In this document: one piece after another, positions 39,964 through 52,740 of the stretch
How positions within the stretch are numbered: position 1 is the stretch's first letter
Layout: every line of letters begins with the position of its first letter
Program-made: the position numbers and the translations under genes
Source: Octopus sinensis
Taxonomy: Eukaryota
Assembly (NCBI RefSeq): GCF_006345805.1
Contig: NC_043013.1
Location: 10,106,001-10,170,000, forward strand
DNA: 64,000 nucleotides
Reading direction: 5' to 3'
The notes under the pieces: generated by a model
Seen by the model: only the letters and a program-made list of their open reading frames with translations
What the model was told of the DNA's origin: nothing
Databases searched by the model: none

Positions 39964-40564
39964 GTGAGAAATAGGGAGGAAGGTATCCTATGGATGTATG
40001 TAGCCTTGAGTTAAAGCTGTTTCGGCCTCTCTGATTTGGCGTTACTGATTCAACACACACTTGAAATCAGACATTTTAATATTTCTCTCTTTGTCTCCCT
40101 CTTCAGTTTTTTTTTTCTCTCTCTCTCTCTCTCTTTCAGTCTCTCTCTGTCTTTGTTTGTCTGTCTGTCTCTCTGTTTCTATCTGTCTGTCTGTCTCCCT
40201 CTCGCTGTTTATACATCTGAGTTTATTTTTCTTTGTGTGCATGAGTCAGGAAAAATGATTTTGTGGACCGTGGTAAGTTAGTAAATTATGATATCCACCT
40301 CTCACTGTTTCTTTGGTGTGAATTTGTTTGCCTCCAATACCAAAGTGTACGGTCCCCAAAGCTCGTCCAATGTCCACTCAACCCCATCATATCATTAGCG
40401 TTTAAAGAGCTACGCCTTATTGTCTCATATTGAAAGTCCGCGAAATTGTTCTGAATGCATGCCAGAATGGATTCCATTAAATGCTTACAGTGTGGTAGAT
40501 AGAGGTGTTAAAGCAGGCAACGGATTTAGTCTGTCACCTTAATGGGCCATCAGTACCACTGGTG

Positions 40565-40855
40565 GGAAGGCGTGTGACTTAACGGTTTAGGGTACACGGC
40601 TCACCATCGTAAATTTGATTCCTGGCAGCACATTGCGTTCTTGAGTAAGGCCCTTAATCTAACTGCGCTCTCGTCCACTCAGCTGGCAAAAGATAGTAAT
40701 ACCTGTATTTCAAAGGGCTGTCAAATTCTGTGACACACTGAATTTTCCGGAGAACTGCGTTAAGGTGTCCGTGGTGTGCTCACCCACGTGCATGTAGCTG
40801 TTCAGTTTATCGATTCAACTGGAACAATCATCGATATAACCGACAGTGTTCCCGG
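40565..40855 (+). mobile_element. SINE family D-related variant with a different 3' tail
   Basis: TGATTCCTGG...TTCTTGAGTAAG...GTCCACTCAGCTGGCAAAA followed by a distinct tail ending TAACCGAC. Confidence 0.65.
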
Positions 40856-40954
40856 TAAGTTATTACTGATGTTATTTCTCAGGAATATCGCACATAACAA
40901 AGAAGTGTGTTGATTCTGATAAACTCAAAATAAAAAAGAATACTCACCGAAACG

Positions 40955-41192
40955 TTTCTTATTTCTTTACTGCCAACAAGGGGCTACAGACAGAGGGGAC
41001 AAACAAGGACAGACGAACGGATTAAGTCGATTATATCGACCTCAGTGCGTAGCTGGTACTTATTTAATCGACCCCGAAAGGAAGAAAGCCAAAGTCGACC
41101 TCGGCGGAATTTGATCTCAGAACGTAGCGGCAGACGAAATACCGCCAAGCATTTCGCCTGGTGTGCTAACGTTTCTGCCAGCTCGTTGCCTT
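40955..41192 (-). mobile_element. SINE family B monomer, long-tail variant
   Basis: Full head, core and tail ending AAAGAAATAAGAAA. Confidence 0.92.
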
Positions 41193-41465
41193 TAAAGCTT
41201 TTGCCCGCTTCTTAGGACCGACTGACCCGTGCTTGACCGCCGTTGGCACGGAACCCTTCTCCACTTCGGTCTTCGAAACGTTTCTATTAAACGAGGAGAA
41301 AGATATCCACTATGTTATAATCACAGAATGGGAAAGGGTAATGTTTATAGTTTTCCCAAAGGAGATGGGGATATCATTGAAATTACATAGTTTTGAAGAA
41401 ACCAAATTGTATTCAGATCCTACTAAAAGCTCCCTTTTTATGCAAAACAGAAAACATTAAAAAAT

Positions 41466-41537
41466 TATACACAATTCTAGTGGTTAGGATACATGACTTT
41501 CACCCAGATGACCCAGGTTCGATTCCCGACATAGGAA
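41466..41537 (+). pseudogene. tRNA-Glu(TTC) pseudogene
   Basis: TCTAGTGGTTAGGATACATGACTTTCACCCAGATGACCCAGGTTCGATTCCCGACATAGGAA aligns with metazoan tRNA-Glu as I recall it; anticodon TTC; the 5' acceptor strand and anticodon stem do not pair; T7 run at 41544-41550. Confidence 0.8.
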
Positions 41538-41553
41538 CGTTACTTTTTTTAAA

Positions 41554-41933
41554 TAGGCGCAGGCGTGGCTGTGTGGTAAGAAGCTTGCTTCCGAACAAAA
41601 TGGTTCCGGGTTCAGTTTCACTCAGGCCTTCTTGGGTAAGTGCTTTCTATTATAGTTTCGAGCCGACCAAAGCTTTGTGAGAGGATTTGGTAGACGGAAA
41701 CTGAAAGAAACCCGTCGCATATATATATATATATATTTGTGTGTGGTGTCTATGCTGGTACGCCCTACATCACTCGATAACCGATGTTGGTGTGCTTAAG
41801 TCCCTGTAACTTAGTGGTTCGGCAAAATAAACCGACAGAATATGTCCAGGGATCGATTTATTCAACTAAAGGCGGTGTCTAGCATGGTCGCAGTCAAGTG
41901 GCAAACACGTAAAAGAGTAAAAAGATAAAAGAA
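41554..41933 (+). mobile_element. SINE family A, full length
   Basis: AGGCGCAGGCGTGGCTGTGTGGTAAGAAGCTTGC...AAAAGAGTAAAAAGA. Confidence 0.9.
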
Positions 41934-42999
41934 TTCATGTATTTTTTAAAATATATGTTTGAATCAAAGAGGCCACAGATTTTCAGAGATTTGGGAAAAA
42001 ATTGTTATTGATGTTATCACTTATTTCATTGTATGTAGAAGAGGTAATGTCCAAGTCGGCATTAGAAAACGGGACCTGGATGTTTACAAAACGAAATTCA
42101 TCTATTCATGTGCTACTTTTTTATGGGAACTGCACTAAATACGTTTAAGAGAGTATATGGGAGAGGAAAAAATAATAAAAACGAGACAATTTATTGCATG
42201 TAAAACTATGAAATAAAAATCATTACAAATGGTTTAGGCTATATGTAGATTTGTCGATATTTAATTAAAATGGCGCAGTAGAAATGTTACGATAGTCTTG
42301 ACATAAAACCGGAATAGATATAAGTTGTAGTTCTGTCCATAAAGATTAGCGTTTACATTGGGTGTGAGATAAAAATTTCTAGTGAAATAGCGTGACTACA
42401 GTTAATATATATGTTTTAGGTATTAAATATTATATATACAAATCTTGTGTAAATGTTTACGTTCTTTTGTCTAAAATCACCAACACCATTTATTTCTTTA
42501 ACTTGTACTTTCTGCTCACCTATGCTAGAATTATGCGCTTATTCTCCATTAGTTCCTTACTCCTCCTCCTGCAATCGTTTCTGCGTCAAACCCTCAAACC
42601 CTACAGGCTCTCCTCCACAACGCGCATCTCAATCCTCAGTACCGTATATATACACACAATATATTAAAGCAGCTTCAACTTACATAATCATAAATCCCCA
42701 TTTTATCACCCTTCCCCACACAATCAGACAAATATACACATGTATATTTATCTACCATTTCTTTTTGACACACGCATACACGCAGGCGCGCGCACGCATA
42801 CACACAGACACACACACGTGGGTATGCTGGCGACCGCTTTATACACAAGCACCTACGCCGCACACTCACATGCATAGGCACTGACATTTTCATATAATAC
42901 ACATTCCATTCTTCACTTATATATTAATATAACATACACAAACACACACACACAATGATATGCCGACGTATACCCATCTACAGACACTTACATTTCATG

Positions 43000-43640
43000 C
43001 AAGTACTCTGAAGGAAGCTTGTTCATCAGACGTTGCCAGGTAAATCGGGTTTGTCCAGCGTATCCTGGAGATCGTCATCGAGAGTCCCAGCAAGTCAATG
43101 AGAACCGTTGCCAACAATCTCCAGTTGTCGGAGTCGACTGTCAGATGTGGAGTGCACGAAGAAATCAGTTAGAAATCCTATGATATGAGAAGAGGACAGT
43201 TCATGTCCGATGACACCCAGGAGAAACGTATGATCCGATCAAAGTGCGCTGAACAAACTCAATCTACTTAGGGATCCCGACATGTTCCAGTTCTCCTCAG
43301 GCGAGAACTTTGACTAGTATCAAAAAGTGAACAAGGGAATGACAGATGTTTCTAAGTCAGCCCCATTGAAGTCCCCACTGTTATGTAGATCACATTTCCA
43401 ATGTCTTGGGTGTCAGGAGCAATGAGGGCTATTCCATATTTCGTCACTTTTCCCGCGAAATTTAAGGCTCAATGTGGCAATCTCTTTCGAGATGACCAGA
43501 TCTTAGTCAGCCAAGATCTGGATCTAGGGAGTTTCACACGGAGCTGAGGCAGGAGATGTATATGTTTCCACTAGAAACTTCACCCACTGACACAGGCTGC
43601 ACCACCCAAGCGGGAATGAACGGACAATATCATGATCGAG
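43000..43640 (+). mobile_element. maT/DD37D-like transposase fossil
   Basis: PSKSMRTVANNLQLSESTVR..VHEEI.*KSYDMRRGQFMS..TQEKRMIRSK; LNKL..PDMF.FS..ENFD.YQKVN..NDR; several stops. Confidence 0.75.
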
Positions 43641-44105
43641 TTTGCTAAGTCTCTTCATTTAAGCCCACTGGACTACTACTCCCGAAGCGCTGTTGAGAAA
43701 GCGAGAGAGAGAGAGGGAGTGAGGGAAACAGAGAGAGTGGGGGAATAGGAGAGAGAGTGAAACGGATAGAGAGAGAAACAGAGAGAGATTGAGTGAGTGA
43801 GAAAGAGAGAAACAGACTGGCCAACAACAGGCATACCCAGAATACTAAGAAGATGTTGATGTCTACTGTTGAGTCTTTAGGATAAGCATTAATAACGACC
43901 AGCTTATCCACATATTCATCGTTTCAGAAACCGTATCAATATTATAGGTACACTGATATTGTAGGGACACTGTATCTCTTTACGTAAACATAATATACTA
44001 CAAGTACAAAGTATATTAAACGATTTTTATAAGGCAAAACTGTGTTCTACTGTGTTAGCAGTGCTATTACATCACTCTATAGACGCTATAACCAGCACTG
44101 AAGTT

Positions 44106-44187
44106 TTTACAACGTTTCGTATCCGACACGCTTGATGTAAACAACCAAGAGGACGAAGAGAGATTTTGTTCCTTCATCAGCGCCTAT
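44106..44187 (-). ncRNA. Hammerhead-ribozyme-like motif with a long stem II insert (candidate, degenerate)
   Basis: Minus strand GGCG-CTGATGA-A-GGA...TAC-GAAAC-GTT-GTA; GUA triplet present; stem II has one mismatch; stem I is poor. Confidence 0.35.
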
Positions 44188-45147
44188 CGCTACAAATAAG
44201 TTGAACACATATCGAATGCGATGGTAGTTTTATAGAGTATCATTTTGCTCTCTATACGTAAGAATATGTGCACCAAACTGTATAAAAATGTATTGATTTC
44301 TGTAATAAAAATGTTTGTTTTCTTTAAAATTAAAAATTGAAGCGAGTGTATAAATGTGTGTGTGTACGTGTTTTCGTGTTTCATTTATTTACGTTATTAT
44401 AACTTAGGAACGTTTGATCGTTAGGTCGAGTTACATTTGTTGGACTGAGTAACGAAGGTACTCTAAGTCGGAATTTCAAAGTCACTATCAAAATTTTCTT
44501 TGTAAAGCTAAAATATGATATATTATGTAAAGATAACGAAGGATACTTTTCTAAAATTTTGAATATTTTTTATACTACAAAATATAGCTAAATATTAATA
44601 TACATTAATAATTAAACTCACAAGAAAACACACACACACACACACGGCACACACACACACACAAACACACACACACGGCACACACACACACACAAACACA
44701 CACACACTCACAACGGCACGCACATGCTTATACCATCATAAGCACATATATCTACCTATATATAGGCATATCTACGTGTATCTACGTAGATATATATGTG
44801 TGAGCATTTAGTTATATTTTTATGTGTGTGTGTATGTGTGTGTGAATATGTGTATGTGTTTATGTATTTGTTTATGCCTATATTTAAGTGTGTATATGTG
44901 TGTGTATGCGTGTGCTTGTGTTTCAGTGTGTGTGCTCAACTTAGCACGTGATTATTCTGCCTGTATATATATATATATATATATATTATACAGCAATATG
45001 TGTTCAGACGAATACATGAAGATATGATTCTTGGCAAAATATTAATTTATTGTTATCTTAGAAATATGTTGAACGTCTTTGGGAATTGGGGAGAAAAACA
45101 AAACAAAACAATTTAGTTCTGATGAAAGAAGATAACACCAGACATAC

Positions 45148-45178
<31 letters not shown>

Positions 45179-45428
45179 CATACATACATATATATATATA
45201 CATATCTATACATACATATACATATATATATACATATCTATACATACATATACATTTATATACATATAAATATATGTACATCAATATACATATACATGTA
45301 CGTATATGTGTGTGTGTGTGTGTGTGTAATTTATTTACATATAGAATATATGGGTGTGTATGCATTTATAAATCTACATATAGTGGATATATGTATGTAT
45401 ATATGTATGTATGTATGTATGCGTGACC

Positions 45429-45460
<32 letters not shown>

Positions 45461-46127
45461 AAATGTATATCGTATATATCCTGTTGTTTTGTATGTATGT
45501 ATATTTTTATATATATGTGTGTATGTGTGTATATATATAGACTAATATATTACGATCAAACTATATTTATTTATTTATTTTGCAAAACGATATATCTTTA
45601 TAAATATGATAAAAATCTATTAAAACTTCTTGTGTTTACCTAATCTATTTACTTGGTTTTATTGTCCAAGAGGATATACAAATTCTATGACAAGGAATCT
45701 ATTATTTCTTTTGGATAGGTTTTAAACTGATACGACAAATATTAGCAAGAAACAAAAAAAGCACAAATCGAAACAAAAAAAAAAACTTAAAATACAAACA
45801 CAGAAACCCAAAGGAAATCTCGTTTTTCCGATTGGGGGATTAGTGATCTTATATGGTGCAACTATATATCTAAAATCTTAACGACAAAAATTCCTCTCTA
45901 TATACATAAACAGATTCTTCTGATTGTGTGTTTATCAAGGAGTGTGGGACAATGTGTGTTGTTTGTTTTTTAACAAATAAAGAATATGAAAATATAAACG
46001 GAATGAAAATGTACGCACCAAATCGCGTGACGATGGTTGATAAAGTATGAAGAAACTTTTACAGTGGTCAAGTTATCCTACACGTGGGTAGTTTTGTATA
46101 TATATATATATATAATATATATATATT

Positions 46128-46543
46128 TATTCTTTTTGTTCTTTTACTTGTTTCAGTCATTTGACTGCCGCCATGCTGGTGCACCGCCTGCATTCGAAAG
46201 AGATCGACTTCCATGTCTTGTTCTTTCCAAGCCTCGTACATATTCTATCGGTTCATTTTGTCGAACCGCTAGTTTACGGGGACGTAAACACACCAACATC
46301 AGTTATCAAGCGATAGTTGTAGGAAGAGAAACACAGACACACAAACACATACATACATACATACACACACATATTTATATGTATATACGACGGTCTTCTT
46401 TCAGTTTCCGTCTGCCAAATTCACTCAGAAGGCTCTGGTCGGCACAAAGCTATAGTAGAAGACATTGCCCGCAGGTTCCACACAGTGGGACTGAACCCGG
46501 AGCCATGTGGTTGGCAGCAAACTTTTCCCACACTGCCACTGCC
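46128..46543 (-). mobile_element. SINE family A, full length
   Basis: CTTGTTTCAGTCATTTGACTGCCGCCATGCTGG...CAGTGGGACTGAACCCGGAGCCATGTGG. Confidence 0.9.
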
Positions 46544-46584
46544 ATATATATATATATATGTAATGTATATATATATATACATAT

Positions 46585-46637
<53 letters not shown>

Positions 46638-46644
46638 CTATATG

Positions 46645-46714
<70 letters not shown>

Positions 46715-46899
46715 TTCTTACATACATTTACACATACCTAATTATACGTATGCATATATATATATGTATATATACATTCATACATACATGCATATAATTA
46801 TACATATGCATGTATGTGCGTGTGTATGTGCACTCATACACACACACATTCGTATATATGCATGTATAAAAATACCTATATATGAATGCATGACTGTGC

Positions 46900-48110
46900 A
46901 ATCTGGACTGAAAAGATCGTTGGCCGTGTATGAAGGAGCGATGCTAAAACTGTGAAAACTTACAGGCATTGATTTCAACAGCTTATAAATAACTACATTG
47001 TTTCTTTCCAGGTAAACTCTGTTCATAGTAGACTTCAAATATAACCAGTAGCGACTTTCTTTGAAAATGGGCAAAATTTAGTGTCGTTGTGTTCCTGCAG
47101 AAAAATAAGCTTAAGACCCCGAAGGACATTTATGCTGACATAATTATCTACCTTTGGGAATGACGTTCCACCTTTCTGAACATTGCAAAAGTGAGTAGCT
47201 GTATTTTGTAGCAGAAGGAAATATTTTGAGATGACCCGAGGTCTGGACATCATGCAAATGCCACCACTGAAGGAAAAGTTGATCATGTTGATCGATGACC
47301 ACTGATTAATTATTAATCAAATAATTAGCATATCCCGTGCGAGAGTTGAGAATATTCTGCACATGAACTTCGCATAATGAAAGTTTGTGTTCGATGGTGA
47401 CACGTCTTCTGACATTTGATCAAAAGCGATCCGGTGTGATCACGTCAAGCGAAATTTTGACATTATTTCAGTTAGATCCAATTGGTTTCCTTGAACGTTT
47501 ATTAACCCAAAATCAGTGTTGGATTCATCACTTTCAGCCAGAGACAGAGAGACAATACCTGCAGTGAAATTACCCCTCTTTATATGCTCCAAAACTCCTT
47601 ACGCCGTTTCTTTTGCAGGGAAAGTGATGGCTTCAGTTTATTGGGATACAAAAGGCATTGTGTTTATTGACTATCTTCGAAAGGTTCACACAATCAATAG
47701 AGATTATTATGTCAAATTTCTGAAGCAGTTATGAAAAGCTATCAAGACCAAACAGCCAGGAGAAACGATCAAATGTGTCTTGTTTCTTCAAGAAAAATGC
47801 TCCATCGCACCACTCCTTGGTTTCAATGTCTTCTGTGTGTGACTGTATTTTTGAACTCATTGATTACCCTCCATATACTCCTGATTTGGCCCCACCTGAC
47901 TATCATGAAAAAGCACTTGGCTGGGAACCAGTGTTGCAGTGATGAAGATCTAGTATTGAATCACTTTTGTTGACCAACAGGATGAAAGATTCTTCACCAA
48001 CGGGATCCAAGGACTGTAACACCGATGGAAGAAGTGTGTGGACCACAGAGGGCTTATGTTAAAAAAAGGGCCTCATTTGGTCACATTCCACTGTATTTTC
48101 TTAGCCCATG
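46900..48110 (+). mobile_element. Near full-length irritans (Himar1-like) mariner fossil
   Basis: ATG 47067; DDPRSG; WVTRLLTFDQKR (WVPRLL motif); WIHHFQPET; AGKVMASVYWDTKGIVFIDYL; decayed YSPDLAP region; RWKKCVD end near 48065; TIRs eroded. Confidence 0.88.
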
Positions 48111-48461
48111 AAATGTTCTGTTGAGCGTCGCATTAAAGAATGATCCGTATTCATGCATTGAGTTCTGCAGTTTATCTCTTCTCTGTGAATCATAAACGCA
48201 TTCTACAAAATATATAAGATGCTTCACAGCACCAAATCTCTGAAAATATTCATAAAAAGTATCATAATTTAGAAATATTGAAATAAATATTGAATGTATA
48301 AAGCATCTACTTGTATTATTTACAATGACTGGCACAAACACACACACATACAAACACACACACACAAACACACATACAAACACACGCACTCACACACACG
48401 CAAACACATACACTCTCACACACATACACATATGTGTCTGTCTGTCTGTACATATATATAC

Positions 48462-48513
<52 letters not shown>

Positions 48514-49436
48514 GTATATATATATGTGTATAATGTATATATGTATATATATATATGTGTGTGTGTGTGTATAAAGTTTGAAAACGGAGAGATCCAACAG
48601 ATACAAATTAATTCATTAATTAATTAACACCTTCACCTACAATTGTTGCATTTCGTATCCAATTTAAATTACAAACATATATAAATTTATAAGCTTGCAA
48701 TTCAAAATGCCTTGGGTAGAAAATCATTCGAGCATGAAAAAGGACAATACAAGGATTACATTATAATCTGTTGGAATACCACAATACACTATTAGAGATT
48801 TTAGTCTTGGAGTACTGAGTCTATAGGAGATCATAATGCAATCCAACAGATCATAATTCAATCCAACAGATCATAATGCAATCCGTGTATTGTACTTATT
48901 CATGCCCTGACGATTTTCCAGCCAAGGTATTTTGAAATGCAAGCTTATATATGTATGTATGTTTTGTACTTTAATTTGGATGCGAAATGAAACAATTATA
49001 GGTGAAGATGTTAAATGATTAATGACTTAATTTGTATCCATTTGATCTCTCCTCTTTTCAAACTTAATAATAATACTTGATATTTTATGATAGCTTATAT
49101 AATAAATACATTCAAGAAATATCTCTTCAAAATAGAATATATTAAACCAGTATATCTTGTATACAAATACTGTTTTAAATACCCTAAATATCCTCATAGT
49201 GACTATACATATATATATATATATATATAATATATATATATATATATTATATATATAATATATATATATAATATATATATGTTGTATGTATGTATATATA
49301 TAATATATATGTATGTATGTATATATATATACATATTATGTATATGCATGTAAGATATATGTATATATATATGTATTTATACGTGTATATATATGTATAT
49401 CTATATATATAAATATATATTTATATGTATATATGC

Positions 49437-49483
<47 letters not shown>

Positions 49484-49571
49484 TATATGTGTATATATAT
49501 GCATATATTATATATGGTATATATATAATATATATATAATATATATATAATCTATATATATATATATGTAT

Positions 49572-49925
49572 ACGTGTGGCTTGATTACCATCAGCACATT
49601 TCCGGGTTCAGTCCAACTGCATGGTACCTTGGGCAAGTGTCTTATACTATAGCCTCGAGCCGGCCAAAGCCTTGTGAGTGGATTTGATAGACAGAAATGG
49701 AAACAAACCTGTCGTACATAATATATAGATTAATATTAATCAGCCGAAATTGCGAGGATGATCCGGTTCTTTACTGAAGATTGAAGGCTTCGTGTTTTTT
49801 GTATCGTCTTCTAAATGTTTTGCGTTCTTGTCCCAGTTTGTGTTTTTTTACATATACATATATATATATATGTTTATATATATATATATATATATCTATT
49901 ATATATATATATATATATAATATAT

Positions 49926-49967
<42 letters not shown>

Positions 49968-50162
49968 GTGTGTGTGTGTGTGTGTATCTTCGTGTGTCTG
50001 TGTTTGTGTCTCCACCATTGCTTGATAAACGATGTTAGTGTGTTTACGTCCCCGTAAGCCAGTGGTTCGGCATAAGAGACCGAGAGAATAAGTACTAGGC
50101 TTACAAAATGCGCAGCTCCAGTATGCTCGCAATCAAATGACTGAAACAAAAGAATAAAAGAA
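49572..50162 (+). mobile_element. SINE family A with a nested unclassified repeat in its internal microsatellite
   Basis: 5' module 49572-49718, insert 49735-49855, TA/TG tract, 3' module 49990-50162. Confidence 0.8.
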
Positions 50163-51239
50163 TATGTATATGAATATATATATGTATGTGTATATACATA
50201 CATATATACATACGTACGTACATATATATATGTGTGCACATCTCGACATATATATGTGTGTTTATGTGTGAGCGTATAAATGTATTATATATATTTGACT
50301 ATTATATATTTGATATCTATGTTGATATAATATATATATATATATATATCTGTACAATATATGTAACGTACATACGCACGCTCATATATATATATATATA
50401 TATAATATACATATAGATATAGATATATATATACATATAGATATAGATATATATATACATATATACATATATACACATATATATATACATAAATATATAT
50501 GTAAACGTCACACTTACATATCCTCTTGCGTTGTGTACACGGTCAATTCCCGCCGGTCAGTCTCTACAAGCAAGAGATACGCAAAAACAATATTTCTGCC
50601 CAGTGTAATCAACTTGTCTTCTTTACTTTCCTGACTCCCTTACACCATCTGTCTATCTCTCTTTGCTTCACCCCCTCTGTCTCTCTCTTCCTCTCCATTT
50701 CCTTTTAACGAACTACATTAATTATTGCCTTAATTATTTTCCTTCTCTGTGTGCAGGAAGAAGCAATAATTACTTGCTTGCACCTCAAGTCAGCAGCTTA
50801 CGTGATACGTCCTCATTTAGTAAAATTCAGGTTTTCCCTTCTATTCCAACGCTTCGTTCACAGTTGGAGATGTCGCGGCAGTTCGCCTTAACTTGTCTCT
50901 CATAAACATTGATTTAGGCCGGATACTCTTGCATATTATACTGGAGGCTAATTTGAACGGCGGTTTATTTTTTTTTCTTTCGCTTTTGCTGGGGCGATAC
51001 TGATGGCCTCTCTTGGGACGCTAAGTACAAAAGTAAATAACAAAGCCAACATAAAAACAAAAACGAAAAAGACAAAACACTCTCTCATGTACAAAAGAGG
51101 ACAGAAGAGAACAGAAAGGCAAATATTATATCATGAACTGGCAACCGCCACCACCAAAAATGGTGAAGAGAGTATCTTGAAATAAAATAACAAGAGAGAT
51201 TGAGTGTATGACTGAGAGATAGAGAAAGATAGAGAGAGT

Positions 51240-51276
<37 letters not shown>

Positions 51277-51399
51277 AGAAAGAAAGAGAAGAAGAGAAGG
51301 GAAAGAAAGAGCGAATGAGAGAGATGGTGAGTAAGGAGAGACAAGGAAACATTGCATCTAACGTTTGGCATTTAGAGAGGTGCGCGGTATGGGAATAAA

Positions 51400-51415
51400 A
51401 GAGTCGATAGCGAAG

Positions 51416-51449
<34 letters not shown>

Positions 51450-51675
51450 GATAATGATAATCATGATAATGATGATGATGAGGAGGAGGATATTAATAAC
51501 TATGTTAATAACAGTAACAACAAAAATATGAAAATTATTGTTATAGTAATAATATTTTAAAACCATATTATCAACCATTATCACCAGTAATTTCCACTAT
51601 TATTGCTATCATTATTTAATATGATTATTATACTAGTATCTATTATTGTTTATCTACAGCAGCAAAAGTAGTAGT

Positions 51676-51716
<41 letters not shown>

Positions 51717-51730
51717 TAGTAGTAGTAGTT
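51400..51730. repeat. Trinucleotide repeats (GAT)n, (GCA)n and (GTA)n
   Basis: Direct inspection. Confidence 0.85.
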
Positions 51731-51940
51731 ATGTTGCAGCTTTAGCATCGTTATTTCAATCCTATATGTTGTTGTTGGCCATGCTACCGCAGTTCTGATG
51801 TATAAAAAAATATATGGTCAGGGGCTTTTCCAGCCGTGACCATCCCGACATTTCCCTATGCACAGGAGACCCGTGATGACACTAATCAACACTTTTTTGG
51901 TTGTTTCTTTCATTTTCATAAGAAAACAGTATTTTGTAAT

Positions 51941-52528
51941 GCCCTGAATATTAGCTGCTATTTCTTGCACGGCCCTGAATATTAGCTGCTATTTCTTGCA
52001 CGGCCCTTAATATTAGCTGCTATTTCCTGCACGGCTCTGAATATTAGCTGCTATTTCTTGCACGGCCCTGAATATTAGCTGCTATTTCTTGCACGGCCCT
52101 GAATATTAGCTGCTATTTCCTGCACGGCCCTGAATATTAGCTGCTATTTCCTGCACGGCTCTGAATATTAGCTGCTATTTCTTGCACGGCTCTGAATATT
52201 AGCTGCTATTTCTTGCACGGCCAGAATATTAGCGGCTATTTCCTGCACGGCCCTGAATATTAGCTGCTATTCCTTGCACGGCTCTGAATATTACCTGCTA
52301 TTTCTTGCACGGCTCTGAATATTAGCTGCTATTTCTTGCACGGCTCTGAATATTAGCTGCTATTTCTTGCACGGCTCTGAATATTAGCTGCTATTTCTTG
52401 CACGGCCCTGAATATTAGCTGCTATTCCTTGCACGGCTCTGAATATTAGCGGCTATTTCCTGCACGGCCCTGAATATTAGCTGCTATTTCCTGCACGGCC
52501 CTGACTATTAGCTGCTATTTCCTGCACG
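51941..52528. repeat. 31-bp minisatellite, about 19 units
   Basis: Unit GCCCTGAATATTAGCTGCTATTTCTTGCACG; successive units start at 51941, 51972, ... Confidence 0.97.
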
Positions 52529-52740
52529 TTGATCGACTCGAGCAGATATGGGCAACATGCGACATGCAAGTCTTTCTGAATTGGACGTTTAACTTAAAAC
52601 GAATAATTACTGTGAAGTAGTGTTCATGAAGTCCGCTTCTTGAAAAATAGTTGAAAAATACCTAAGACAAAAGTTGTCCAATTCGCTTGACTTATTCGCT
52701 TATCCTGTCGTTTTCTGGTACCAATATTCATAAGATACGG

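Noticed and set aside
50730-50905. Strong-looking acceptor TTCTCTGTGTGCAG
   Set aside because: No good donor and no recognisable peptide; it cannot be linked to the 39754 exon
51941-52528. CRISPR-like regular repeats
   Set aside because: Units are contiguous with no unique spacers; eukaryotic context; no cas genes
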